DNA of 63,246 bases, filler included, from Octopus bimaculoides (lineage: Eukaryota), in NCBI RefSeq assembly GCF_001194135.2. It is 7 parts of 7 records of this genome, joined end to end, with 100 filler letters (N's around TTAATTAATTAA, not from the genome) between each part and the next. Parts side by side here need not be neighbours in the genome. Positions count along the whole stretch, not along the records: positions 1 to 12,923 come from NC_068991.1; 6 more parts are not named here. The stretch is one strand, 5' to 3'. This document shows positions 1 through 12,058 of the stretch, in pieces. Below the pieces are notes generated by a model, which was not told the DNA's origin, did no database searches, and was given only the letters and a program-made list of their open reading frames with translations. The stretch's first letter is position 1; the number at the start of each line of letters is the position of its first letter. The position numbers and the translations under genes are program-made.

Positions 1-152
1 TTGCATCATAGCAAATCAGCGAGATTTTGGCGAGATTTAAGATTTTAGAAATTTGGAAAGTTTCTGCCGTATGGAAGGAAGTCAGATTGTTCTTTTATAC
101 TGGGAATATGGTACGCGTAAATTCAAAGACTAGAGATTTAGACAAACCAAAA

Positions 153-188
153 GCAATAATAATAATGATAATAATAATAATGATGATG

Positions 189-255
<67 letters not shown>

Positions 256-256
256 G
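153..256. repeat. (AAT)n microsatellite
   Basis: Pure or near-pure AAT run; explains the poly-Ile ORFs at 27-335 and 95-565. Confidence 0.95.
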
Positions 257-398
257 TTTCCTACATTGGCACAAGGCCACAAATTTGAAGAGGATGAGTT
301 TTGTTGATAGTTGTACGACTTCTGCCAAAAGATAAATATGTATATATATACGCATAAATACGTATATATATATGTATATACAAATATATATATATATG

Positions 399-440
<42 letters not shown>

Positions 441-1283
441 CGTGTATATATGTATGTATGTGTGTGAGTCTGTGTGCAGTGCTTGTATCTGCGTGTATAT
501 ATGTAAGTATGCCTATGTTGTCCAAGTATGTATATGTGTAAACGTGTGTATGTATCTATAATCACGAGACACAGTGTGAATGTAACGCTACAGAGATGAC
601 CGTTAATTTGCAGATCAGCTGTTTCGCAGGATTATCTCAGTTGGACATGTGCCCAGATAGCAAAATGTAAATGCTGGACAAGTTGTAACAATGGAGTGGT
701 GCGGGTGTTTGAGTAAACGCCGTGTGTGATAGACAAACAGACAGAGGTACAGATAGTTAGTTAGTAAGATAGATAGACAGACAGATAGATAGATAGATAG
801 ATAGATAAAGCCACACAGCTAGGTTGACCATTATAGAGAGATAGACAAACAGAAAAACGGTTAAATAATCAGTGATATATATATATATATATATATATAT
901 ANNNNNNNNNNNNNNNNNNNNNNNNNNNNNNNNNNNNNNNNNNNNNNNNNNNNNNNNNNNNNNNNNNNNNNNNNNNNNNNNNNNNNNNNNNNNNNNNNNN
1001 NNNNNNNNNNNNNNNNNNNNNNNNNNNNNNNNNNNNNNNNNNNNNNNNNNNNNNNNNNNNNNNNNNNNNNNNNNNNNNNNNNNNNNNNNNNNNNNNNNNN
1101 NNNNNNNNNNNNNNNNNNNNNNNNNNNNNNNNNNNNNNNNNNNNNNNNNNNNNNNNNNNNNNNNNNNNNNNNNNNNNNNNNNNNNTATATATATATATAC
1201 ACATAGATTGATTGATTGATAGACAGCTAGTTGATAGATATAGAAAGATATTGACAAATAAATAGATAGACGGACAGATAATC

Positions 1284-1289
1284 AGTGAA

Positions 1290-1343
<54 letters not shown>
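1284..1343. repeat. (GATA)n microsatellite abutting the 3' end of the Tx1-like LINE
   Basis: Direct tetranucleotide run ending at the reverse-complemented AATAAA of the LINE. Confidence 0.9.
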
Positions 1344-2290
1344 TTATTAGCCACGCAGGGCCGAAATCAGAGGGGACAATACAATCTAGAATTTTTCTTT
1401 TCCAAAACGATCAAAAGGGATCGAAAACGTTTTGGGACGTGTACACAAGGAATAACAAAAGTGTCGTTTTTAACAATGAGAGTTCCCAAAAGGGGAAGTA
1501 AATCTTAACATTGACTAGGTTTATCCATGGAAAGAAAAACCTACGAAAACGAACCACGTTAATCTCGGAAATGAGAAAAAAACATAACATGAAAGCAAAG
1601 CGCTCTTTCTCCCTTTGTTTTATAGGACCATGTTCAAAGTTGTTCCCTCATTCATGCGTACCATCGTTGCCACATTCACCCACCTTTTGTTAAACTTTTC
1701 ATTAGACAAAGCTTCCCCCTCTATTCTCATCTCCTTTTCAGGTAATACTTGAACGACTTGATTAGAGGTTGGCCAGAGTGGAAAGTGTTTGTCTGTAAAC
1801 CTTTCAAACGAGTCCACCATACACATTCTTTCATCATAGCCACCAGTACAATGAAAACTGCCTTGCGTTCCCAGTTAAAGGAATGTGGCGGGGCAATATT
1901 CACGATAGACTCGGCTGACAACCGAATTCGTCTCACATGTGACAGCAGCCGCTCGACATAAGCCAACAAGTTTGAAATGTTTGGCCATTGCACGAGTGTC
2001 TGCAGAACGGTTTCGTCCCTCTGACCGCATCTCGGGCAGGTTAATCCGGTGTTTCTTGAACCGTGTCTGTAGAACTTATCTCGAACGGGCAATGCTTCCC
2101 GATAGCACTGCTAGGTCAGGGATCTCTGGAAATTGACCATAGGTCCTGGCTCGAAAGTGGTCCTGAAGTGGTCCTGAAGATACTTGTAACAAATAAGTAT
2201 TGTTTAATATCGTGGATTTTGTAATGGGGGATGACGCATTTTTGCGGCTTGCCCCGGGCGCGGTTTACCCTAGCTATGCCACCGGGTGGT
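1344..2290 (-). mobile_element. 5'-truncated L1/Tx1-clade LINE: ORF2 C-terminal zinc knuckle (zf-RVT-like) plus 3' UTR
   Basis: Minus ORF 1727-2092 reads MPVRDKFYRHG..TCPRCGQRDETVLQTLVQW..ECVWWTR, the C-terminal CxxC..H/C region of L1/Tx1 ORF2. The 3' UTR ends GTGGCTAATAAA, and the same 3' UTR recurs at 23130-23432. Confidence 0.75.
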
Positions 2291-2444
2291 GCTGAGTGTA
2301 TATGAGGGTACGTGTACATAGTGCAGCAGATTGGATTGTTGTTGTCATCGTGATTTTAGTCCCTGGTTAGTTGTGATCGAGCTGACGTGTGTGATCAAAA
2401 ATGTTCCAATCATGACCATTCCATCTATTAGGGGCAAGCTTGCC

Positions 2445-2905
2445 TGCGTTTAAGAAGTTCACTTTGCAACCATGTGGTTTCGGGTTCAGTCCCAATGGCT
2501 CGGCACCTTGGACATGTGTCTTCTACTATAACCACGGGCCGACCAATGCCTTATGAGTGAATCTGGTATACGGAAACTGTGTGGAAGCCTGTCGTACATG
2601 TATGTACATAAATATGTGTGTGCGTGCGTGCGTGTGTGTATGTGCGTATGCGTATGCATATGTACACGCATGCATGTGTGTATGTCAGTGTATGTATGTG
2701 TGTATCTATGTCTTTGTGTTTCTACCATCCCCCACTACCTGGCAACCGTTGTGGGTTTATTTACGTTACCGAAAATTAGCAGATCGGCACAAGATCCCGA
2801 TAGAATAAATACCAGACTTAATACTTGGGTCGTTTAATTCAACTAAAAGCCTCTCATGGCTATGCCCCAGGATGGCTGTAGTCCAGTGACTGAGACAAGC
2901 AAAGC
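2445..2905 (+). mobile_element. tRNA-derived SINE, family C (CORE-like central motif, internal microsatellite)
   Basis: B-box-like GGGTTCAGTCCC, then GCACCTTGGACATGTGTC (CORE-like ACCTTGGGCAAGT), an internal (GT/AT)n and a 3' module shared with 29103 and 38343. Confidence 0.8.
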
Positions 2906-3034
2906 AATAATTAAAAAAGGCGAGAGCAATATGCGCGTGATCTGTCCTTAATTTTTTATGACATTAAGGTGTGACTTGCAAGAATTTTCCAGTTATTTCT
3001 AGCCGGAGTAACGACCACACAGAGGCTCTCTCGC

Positions 3035-3995
3035 TGTCAGTGGTGGTGGTAGTGGTAGTGGTAGTGGAAGTGGTGGTGGTGATGGTGAGGTTAGTAATGA
3101 TGGAGTGGAGTGGGGTGTGGAAATGGAGGAGGGTTGTTGTGGTTGTGGCTGTTGTTACTGTGTATCCCCCAGTTTAGCCCTGGTATCTGGCGTTGGTGCT
3201 GGTCATGGAAATAGTTGTGAGTTGGTGGTAGTAGTGTAGTAGTAGCAGTGGTGGTGGTGGCGCTGATGGCGTTTCTGGTGTTGATGGATGTGGTGGTGTT
3301 GGCGGTAGTGATGGTTTCGGTATTGATGCTCTTGGTTGTAATGGTAGTGATTTTGGTGGTAGCGGTGGCTGTTGTGGTGGTGGTGGTAGTAGTGGTAGTG
3401 GTGGCGTTAATGGGATTTGTGGGGTTGGTGGTTCTAGGGATAGTGGTGGCAATGATGGCGTTTGTGGTTTTGGTAGTAGCGGTGGTTGTGGTGATGGTAA
3501 TGGTAGTGGTAGTAGTAGTGGTAGTGGTGGCATTGATTGTGCATGAGGTGTTGGTGGTTGTGGTGGTTTTGGTTGTAGTTTTGGTGTAGTGTTGTTGTTG
3601 TTAGTGGTGTGTAGCGTGGAGACGTTGATGGTGGCTGTGATGTTAGTAGTGATGGTGGCTGTGATGTTAGTAGTGATGGTGCTGGTGTATAGGTGGTAGT
3701 ACTGCTAGTGGTAGTAGTTATGTTGGTGGTTGTCGTAGTAGCGGCGTTGCTGCTAGTGGTATGGGTGGTTGTTGTTGGTGGTAACCTTCTTGGTTGCATT
3801 GGTATTGACATGATAGAGGTGGTGGTGGTGGTGGAGGTAGTTGCAAGTGTTGGGAGTAATGATGGTAGTGGTGGAGGTATATGTAGCTGCAGGTGGTGGT
3901 GGTGGTGATGGTGGTGGTGGTGATGGTGGTGTTGTCGTTGGTGATGTCGGCGGCGGTTCGATGTGGGTCTTGAAGGGGGTTTGTCGTGGGTGAGT
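3035..3995. repeat. Mosaic trinucleotide (GGT/GTA/GTT/GAT) cryptic simple repeat, including a 24-bp tandem duplication at about 3627-3680
   Basis: Low-complexity run open in several frames as poly-V, poly-P or poly-T; GATGGTGGCTGTGATGTTAGTAGT occurs twice. Confidence 0.9.
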
Positions 3996-4713
3996 GNNNN
4001 NNNNNNNNNNNNNNNNNNNNNNNNNNNNNNNNNNNNNNNNNNNNNNNNNNNNNNNNNNNNNNNNNNNNNNNNNNNNNNNNNNNNNNNNNNNNNNNNNNNN
4101 NNNNNNNNNNNNNNNNNNNNNNNNNNNNNNNNNNNNNNNNNNNNNNNNNNNNNNNNNNNNNNNNNNNNNNNNNNNNNNNNNNNNNNNNNNNNNNNNNNNN
4201 NNNNNNNNNNNNNNNNNNNNNNNNNNNNNNNNNNNNNNNNNNNNNNNNNNNNNNNNNNNNNNNNNNNNNNNNNNNNNNNNNNNNNNNNNNNNNNNNNNNN
4301 NNNNNNNNNNNNNNNNNNNNNNNNNNNNNNNNNNNNNNNNNNNNNNNNNNNNNNNNNNNNNNNNNNNNNNNNNNNNNNNNNNNNNNNNNNNNNNNNNNNN
4401 NNNNNNNNNNNNNNNNNNNNNNNNNNNNNNNNNNNNNNNNNNNNNNNNNNNNNNNNNNNNNNNNNNNNNNNNNNNNNNNNNNNNNNNNNNNNNNNNNNNN
4501 NNNNNNNNNNNNNNNNNNNNNNNNNNNNNNNNNNNNNNNNNNNNNNNNNNNNNNNNNNNNNNNNNNNNNNNNNNNNNNNNNNNNNNNNNNNNNNNNNNNN
4601 NNNNNNNNNNNNNNNNNNNNNNNNNNNNNNNNNNNNNNNNNNNNNNNNNNNNNNNNNNNNNNNNNNNNNNNNNNNNNNNNNNNNNNNNNNNNNNNNNNNN
4701 NNNNNNNNNNNNN

Positions 4714-4767
<54 letters not shown>

Positions 4768-4968
4768 GTTTGCATGTATGCATGTATGTATGTATGTATG
4801 TATGAATGTATGTATGTATAAATATATGTATACATTATTGTATACACTCTCGCAAACATGCAATTGTGTTAAAGAAATGGAAAGAGACACTGAAATAAAG
4901 AGCAGGAAAGAAGATAAAGAGATAGAGAGAGAGAGACAGACAGACAAAAAGAGAGAGAAGGAAACAGA

Positions 4969-5010
<42 letters not shown>

Positions 5011-5170
5011 AAAAAGACAGGAAAATAGAGAGAAAGAGGGGGAGAGTAAGAAGGAGAGTAGGGGTTGAATAGATTGGACAAAATTGGCCAAGACTAGAAT
5101 TCGTAAAGTTCGTCTGCTCGGTTTGTAGTGAGTCGCTTGCCAAATTAGAGATATATTTTTATAATCATAC

Positions 5171-5201
<31 letters not shown>

Positions 5202-5240
5202 TGTATGTGTGTTTATATATATATATATGTATATATATAT

Positions 5241-5271
<31 letters not shown>

Positions 5272-6289
5272 CATATTTTTACATATCTACATATATGTGT
5301 ATATATATGTATATATGTATATATATATACGTACATACATACATACGCACACACATATATATACACATTTATGTACGTCTGTAAATAAATAGGTGTGTGT
5401 GTGCGAGTGCGTGTCTGTGTATATATATACACATATATCATATATATGTATACATATCTATATGTATANNNNNNNNNNNNNNNNNNNNNNNNNNNNNNNN
5501 NNNNNNNNNNNNNNNNNNNNNNNNNNNNNNNNNNNNNNNNNNNNNNNNNNNNNNNNNNNNNNNNNNNNNNNNNNNNNNNNNNNNNNNNNNNNNNNNNNNN
5601 NNNNNNNNNNNNNNNNNNNNNNNNNNNNNNNNNNNNNNNNNTATATATATGTAGATAGATAGATATATATATCGATCATAAATAGATATTGTGAACGATG
5701 TTTTGAATATATGCGCATAATATATACAACATATACAAACGGAGACCGATATGTGCAACAAAGAATCACTGCATATACACACACATTCATACACTCACAT
5801 ATACATACACACATACTCTCCATAGACGTGCACACATACATACCAATATATACATGTGTGTGTGTGGGGGTAGGGTGAATGTTTGGATGTGTGCGTGTGT
5901 AAGCCTTTCCAGCAGAAAGTAATTCATAAATTAAGGTGGTGGGATTACTTCATTGTAAAGTTAACATATAGGAATGTATGATAACAGTCTAACTGTAATG
6001 GCAACCACGCTCGGGAATATTATCGAAAGAAACAAACAAGCGAAAAAAAAAGAAAGAAATAAAAGAAAGAAGAAAGACACGAAGAAGTCAGTTACATAAA
6101 TATATACAAGTACACTAAAATGGTTGACTGTGTTTCGAGAATGTTCTGCCGTGATTTAAATCCAATAAGTGCAAAAAGGCTGTGATTTTGAAGGGGAATT
6201 TGTTCATTTTATTTTGTAGCAAGTCGAACAAGGAGGTTCAGGTACTTTTGCTCGTTCGTTATGATGATGATGATGATGATGATGATGAG

Positions 6290-6339
<50 letters not shown>

Positions 6340-6782
6340 ATCTGCTGCGGAGTACATCGGACGTGTTTTCGGGCGTTCCAAGTAAGTTCAGTTTAAAACG
6401 CTAGTTTACACCAGTTTGGTGCCGTTTTACATTTTGTTTACATTTAGTTTCAAGTTGTTACTAGAAACAGCAGGAACCTCTCACTTCACTGATTTTTCTG
6501 TGGTTGTTCGGCTCCTCGTGGGACCATATTCGGCCTACCAAATAAGTTCGGTGGGCGTTTAATCACGTACAATTGAACAAGATGGCGGAGCTCATCTTGA
6601 GAGAGTCAAGAGAAAAAATGCCCCGCCTTCGGCTCTAGTGACTCCAATACTGGAGAGGGTGAGGAGAAAAGGGAACGAGAAAAGGTAGTAACATCAGTGG
6701 CAACATCGACAACAGCACTAGTAGCAATGACAGCGGCAGCAGTAGTAGTTGTAGTAACAACGTTGTGGTTGTTGTTGTTGTT

Positions 6783-7152
6783 GGCACTCCGTCGCTTACG
6801 ACGTCGAGGGTTCCAGTTGATCCGATCAACGGAACAACCTGCTCGTGAAATTAACGTGCAAGTGGCTGAGCACTCTACAGATACGTGTACCCTTAACGTA
6901 GTTCTCGGGGATATTCAGCGTGACACAGTGTGACAAGGCTGACCCTTTGAATTACAGGCACAACAGAAACAGGAAGTGAGAGAAAGTTGTGGTAAAAGAG
7001 TACAGCAGGGTTCGCCACCATCCCCTGTCGGAGCCTCGTGGAGCTTTAGGTGTTTTCGCTCAATAAACACTCACAACGCCCGGTCTGGGAATCGAAACTG
7101 CGATCCTATGATCGAGAGTCCGCTGCCCTAATGACTGGGCCACTGCGCCTCC
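6783..7152 (-). mobile_element. Full-length tRNA-derived SINE, family B
   Basis: Reverse complement of the copy at 12598 (head GGAGGCGCA.TGGCCCAGT..GTTTCGATTCCC; tail GATCGGATCAACTGGAACCCTCG..GGAGTGCC). (TTG)n tail; possible 6-bp TSD TGTGGT at 6764-6769 and 7155-7160. Confidence 0.9.
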
Positions 7153-7469
7153 ACTGTGGTAACAACAACAACGCGAGAAACGGCAACAGCAATAGCAGAG
7201 ACAGTAGTAGCAGAGACAGCATTTTCGTTAACAATGCCACGGATTTTAGCGGGAAAAATAATGCTTTTATTGAAGGCAGAGAAGAGGAAAATGGCGGTGA
7301 TGGTGGTGGTGAGAGTGGCAACGGTGGAAGTGACCACAACTCCACCACCAGCAAAAGCAGCAGTAACAACAGCAACAATAACAACAACAACAACAACAAC
7401 AAAAACAAACTACGACGAAAACAACAACAAAAACAATAACAAAAATAGAAGGTTTGCTGATATAGCGAA

Positions 7470-8372
7470 CGCAAAGAGAGAAATGTTTGCTTTTTTTGCA
7501 TGTGGGACAGTTGGGACCAAATAAACCACTATGTTAAGAAAGACTGGCCGCCTCGAACAAATATGGCTCCATGTAGAGCTGTCAATATATTGGAAGAACC
7601 TTTAGTTGAACGAGAAAAGATCATTTCCACCCCCTTTGCACATCAAACTCGGATTCGTCAAAGCTCTTGATGAAAATGGAGAGTTCTTCAAGTATATCTG
7701 AAGATTATTTCCAGACTTCACGATTGAAAAACTTGAAGCATGGATTTTTGATGGGCCACAGATCTAAGCTCTTGAAGGACACAAATTTCGTGAAAGTAAT
7801 GAACGAAAATGAAGCATCAGCTTGGATAACCTTTGCAGAAGTCGTGCAAAATTTCCTTGGGAAACACAAAAGTGAAAACTATAAAGAACTTGTTACCAAC
7901 TTGATGTCAACTTTTCGTGATATCGGCGCGAATATCAGCATCAAAACGTATTATCTTTTTAGTCATCTTGATTGTTTTCCTGAGAATCTCAGAGTTGTTA
8001 GCGATGAACAAAGTGAACGATTCCATCAGCACATCAAGGAGATGGAAACTCGGTACCAAGGACGTTGGGATGCTGTGATGATGGCAGACTATTGCTGGTG
8101 TTTGAAATGAGATACACCTGTTGCTCAACATTCATGGTGCACAAAGAAGTGTAATTTTATTCTTTGAATTTTCTGCCACAAACCTTAACCAATGTACATT
8201 TTCAATTTTGAATTTTTATTTGTACTTCGTTTTGTTTTATGTTACGCTCTCTTTATTGATTCATACTATATGCCTTTTGTATGAATAAAATACTTACCCT
8301 CTCAGGTTTAGTCAGAAAACTAGAGCCGACACAGAAAAACTGAAGTTATTTTTGAATTTAGCAGGTAAAATC
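7470..8372 (+). mobile_element. Degenerate DNA transposon 3' half, Chapaev3-like (CMC superfamily) transposase
   Basis: Frameshifted peptide CFFCMWDS..HYVKKDWPPR..EPLVEREKII-PPLHIKLG-FVKALD..IFDGPQI..FLGKHKSENY..FSHLDCFPENLRVVSDEQSERFHQHIKEMETRYQGRW..MMADYCWCLK. The family label is from recall, not a database search. Confidence 0.75.
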
Positions 8373-8432
8373 ATTTAAGAATTCGTCGAAATATTCCAGG
8401 CACCAGACAAAGAAATTTTTTTTTTTTGCCTA

Positions 8433-8547
<115 letters not shown>

Positions 8548-8756
8548 GGCGGCGGCTTGCTGGCAGAATCGTTAGTACGCTGGACGACATGGTTAGCAGA
8601 GTTTCGTCTGTCTCTACGTTCAAATGCTGCCGTATTCGACTTTGCCTTTCATCCTTTGGGGGTCGATAAAATAGTACTAGCTGAGAACTGAGATCGATGT
8701 AATCGATTATCCCCCTCCCGAAAATTTCAGGCTTTGTGCCTATAGTAGAAAGGATT
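8548..8756 (+). mobile_element. tRNA-derived SINE, family A (tail GTGCCTATAGTAGAAAGG-(ATT)n)
   Basis: Head GGCGGC..GCTGGCAGAATCGTTAG and core GACTTTGCCTTTCATCCTTT.GGGGTCGATAAAA, shared with six other copies in the window. Confidence 0.85.
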
Positions 8757-9061
8757 ATTATTATTATTATTATCATCATCATCATCATCATCATCATTAT
8801 TATCATTATTATTATTATGTTGTTGTTTTTTTCTTCTTTCTTCAAATTTTCTTCCATTTCTCGCCGAGTGTTTTCCGTACATCTGGGACAGAGAAGCTCA
8901 TTGTATGCATTCCCAGTTTACACACGCACATTCACAGGTAAAATATGTATTAAAATAAATAAATAAATTAAATAAATAAATAAAATTCATGAATGGATGT
9001 TGTTTTCACAGCGATAATGCTCTTCTCAGTACATGAGTCGTTCCAGTTAACACGATTTTTT

Positions 9062-9160
9062 GCACTTCCTGGTATCATTTTCAAATAGGTTTCAGTACCT
9101 TTTTGTTATCATTCCTAGAGATCCTACAATCACTGGTACGGTAGTCGCCTTGAGATGCCA
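9062..9160 (-). mobile_element. R4/Dong-like (restriction-like endonuclease, RLE) LINE fragment
   Basis: Minus translation MWHLKATTVPVIVGSLGMIT-KGTETYLKMIPG resembles the RLE C-terminal VPVIVGALG motif; abuts (ATT)n. Confidence 0.65.
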
Positions 9161-9180
9161 CATTATTATTATTATTATTA

Positions 9181-9231
<51 letters not shown>

Positions 9232-9565
9232 CGCAATCTTATTTTAACTGCGTGTTGTTTTCATTGCATAACAAGGCGCAGTTTTATGAAGATTTAGATA
9301 TTAACGGCACTTTCGTTTGGTTCTGCGCCATTTTTAGTATTGTGAAAGCACTCCAAGCAATATCTGCGATCTGGCCAGCAGTCTTAAATTTAGTGTGATT
9401 ATTATTATTATTATTATGATAATATTTTTTAATAACTGGAATCTCGGTTGCCTATTTTTTAAAAATCATTCTCAAGGCACATATTTTGTATATTTTCGCT
9501 TCATTGCGACTAACATCTGGGTGAACTCGAATTCATTCTTTCTTTCTTTCTTTCTTTCTTCCTTC

Positions 9566-9610
<45 letters not shown>

Positions 9611-9613
9611 TTT

Positions 9614-9644
<31 letters not shown>

Positions 9645-9784
9645 TCTCTGTCTCATCTCCACTACCATACACTCCACACATATAGTACGCGTATATATAT
9701 ATATATATATATATGTGTGTATGATATATATGTATATATATATATATGTATATACATACATATATATACACACACACATATATA

Positions 9785-9820
<36 letters not shown>

Positions 9821-10384
9821 TGTATGTATGTATACATATTGCGGGGGGAAGAAGAGAGGAATGTTGCTTCGTCTCATGAACTCCGAGCATACTGACAAAC
9901 ATAAGCCAGACACAGGATAAAAATCTATGAAGTATATAGCACTTGTTAAAGTACAAAGATAAATTATAGATAGCGGTAAATATTTATGTTGTCTACACGC
10001 AGAAGTTTCGTAATTTGATGTAGGACAATTCAGAAATTCGTAACATTCATAAATACACCCAAGGGCACCAACTGAGTAAGAACTGGTTTCGACCAAGGAT
10101 CGAATCCGCATCGCAGGCTCTGTTCAAATTGTATTTGATGTAGAGATCAAAAGCTCTTTGGCGCCACCGACATTTCCTCGAAACGTAATACCGGTGGTGC
10201 AGTGTTTATAAATTCTATTTTACATATACTTTTCTTGAAGCCGAATTCTAAGCTAGTTATTTGGTTCCCGTGGCGTAATCAAGATCTCAACATTCTCCTT
10301 GCACGGGACACCGGTCCGTTCCAGGGCAGGGTTATACCCCAGCAATTTTTAGAGGTGGAGACGGGAATGAGATGTTACCGCAAT

Positions 10385-10462
10385 GTATATGTGACGTTTT
10401 GGCACTGCCGTTTTAGCGCTGCCGTTTTGGCGCAACCGTTTTGGCGCAACCGTTTTGGCGTT
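10385..10462. repeat. Short tandem repeat of a CCGTTTTGGCGC-like unit (about 4-5 copies), probably a MITE or DNA-transposon end
   Basis: GACGTTTTGGCACTG CCGTTTTAGCGCTG CCGTTTTGGCGCAA CCGTTTTGGCGCAA CCGTTTTGGCG. Confidence 0.6.
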
Positions 10463-10939
10463 GCTTATTCGATACTGATTTATATGACATCAGACATTTT
10501 AATGTTTCTCACATTCTCTGTTTTCGTCTCTCCCCTACCTCTTTCTGTTTCCGTGTGTGAGCATATTTGTCATATGTGTGTATGAGGAGAGGAGAAAGCG
10601 CTTATGTCAATTGAGTTCAATTAATAAAATGTAAGGTCTCTCTCTCTCCCCTTACCACTCCCTTTCCCTTCTCTCTCCCTCTCCCCTCCCTCTCCCTCTC
10701 CCCTCCCTCTCCCCCTCCCTCTCCATTTCTCTTCCCTCTCTACCTCCCCACATCTCTCTTTCCTCTATATTTATCCCCTACGGCACGCGCGCTTCCAGTG
10801 CCCAAAAGTTCTGTCGCCAACAATAAAACAGGTTGAACGGACCAGCCATCACTGGTGCCAAATCGTCTGCGTCCACACAGCAGCACCCAATCATTTCGTT
10901 TCGTGCCGCAGCATCTTCGGCATTATTTCCTATTTGGAC

Positions 10940-11203
10940 TACGTAAAAAAAAAATGAGCAGGTTCACGAAACCCTCTGGCATCATATTAGCTCAAATGAA
11001 GATCTTCTCCACACAGTAAAGGAAAAAGAAAACACAGCTGAGATGGTATGACTGCAACGTCTTAGGTGGACTATATCACGAATGAGTGGCTTCTTGGAAC
11101 CATCAAGCATCACATTAGCCTACATGAAGATCTCTCCACAGTGAAATATATATGTAAAATAAAACTGAGATGGTATGGCCATATAACAAGAACTAATGGC
11201 CTT
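10940..11203 (+). mobile_element. RTE-like LINE C-terminal fragment with a partial tandem duplication
   Basis: ITNEWLLGTIKHHISLHEDLSTVK..KLRWYGHITRTNGL resembles the post-RT LRWYGHV motif; 10965-11050 duplicates 11100-11180. Confidence 0.6.
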
Positions 11204-11210
11204 GTAGTGA

Positions 11211-11540
11211 AGGTGCATGGCTCAGTGGTTAGAGCGCCGAGGTTACGATCGTGAGGTTGTGTGTTCGAATCCCGGACCGGGCTGCGCGTTGTGTTCTTGA
11301 GCAGGACACTTTATTTCACGTTGCTCCAGTTAACTCAGCTGTAGAAATGAGTTGCGACGCCACAGGTGCCAAACTGTATCGGCCTTTGCCTTTCCCTTGG
11401 ATAAGATTTGTGGAGGAGAGGCGAGGCTGGTGCGCATGGGCGACTGCTGGTCTTCTATAAACAACCTTGCCCGGACTTGTGCCTGGAAGCGTAATTTTCT
11501 AGGTGCAATCCCATGGTCAGTTATGACCGAAGGGGGTCTC
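11211..11540 (+). mobile_element. tRNA-derived SINE, family D
   Basis: A-box TGGCTCAGTGG, B-box GTTCGAATCC, shared central module TTTCACGTTGCTCCAGT..CTCAGCTG; tail ..GGTGCAATCCCATGGTC also seen at 38225-38320 and 50593-50800. Confidence 0.85.
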
Positions 11541-11737
11541 AGCAATGACCTTGTAAAAATCACTCTTCAGTAAACCCTATGAGGAAGAAAAAAAGAAAGA
11601 AGGACTGAGGATAAGATAGAATTTCATCAAAGAACTGATGTTTATAAGAAGCGCGATTTTAGTTGTGTATTTGACTTATTTGTTTATTAAAAATGGTTTC
11701 TTTTGGTTATTAAAAGCTTTCTTATTCAAAGCACTGT

Positions 11738-12058
11738 GAAAGCACGTGGCTTAGAGGTTGAGGTATTCGGCTCACGGTCTTCCGGGCGTGAGTTCGATAC
11801 TCTGCAGCGCATTTTGTCCTTGAACAAGATGCTTCTTTTCTCGTTGTTCTAGTCGCCTCAGCTGGCAAAAATGAATTGTATCTGTAATTCAAAAGGCCTA
11901 CCTTGTCCTATTGTTTGTCACGCTGAATCTCACTGAGAACTTCGTTAAGAGTATGTATGTTTGTGGAGTGCTCAGCCACCTGTACACTAACTTCACAAGC
12001 GGGTTGTTCTGCTGATCGGATCAACTGGAACCTCGTCGGCGTAACCCGCAGAGTTCCG
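11738..12058 (+). mobile_element. Diverged tRNA SINE with the shared central module and a family B tail
   Basis: GAGTTCGATAC B-box, CTCAGCTGGCAAAAATGA module, then the B-type tail GATCGGATCAACTGGAACCTCGTC. Confidence 0.8.

Noticed and set aside
7050-7524. Asn/Ser/Gly-rich ORFs that look like a low-complexity protein
   Set aside because: They begin inside a SINE and run through mosaic trinucleotide repeats open in several frames; no splice or domain support.
11211-11285. tRNA gene (also the heads at 7080-7152, 12598, 26622, 40802)
   Set aside because: A and B boxes are present but there is no complete cloverleaf, and each runs into a SINE body.
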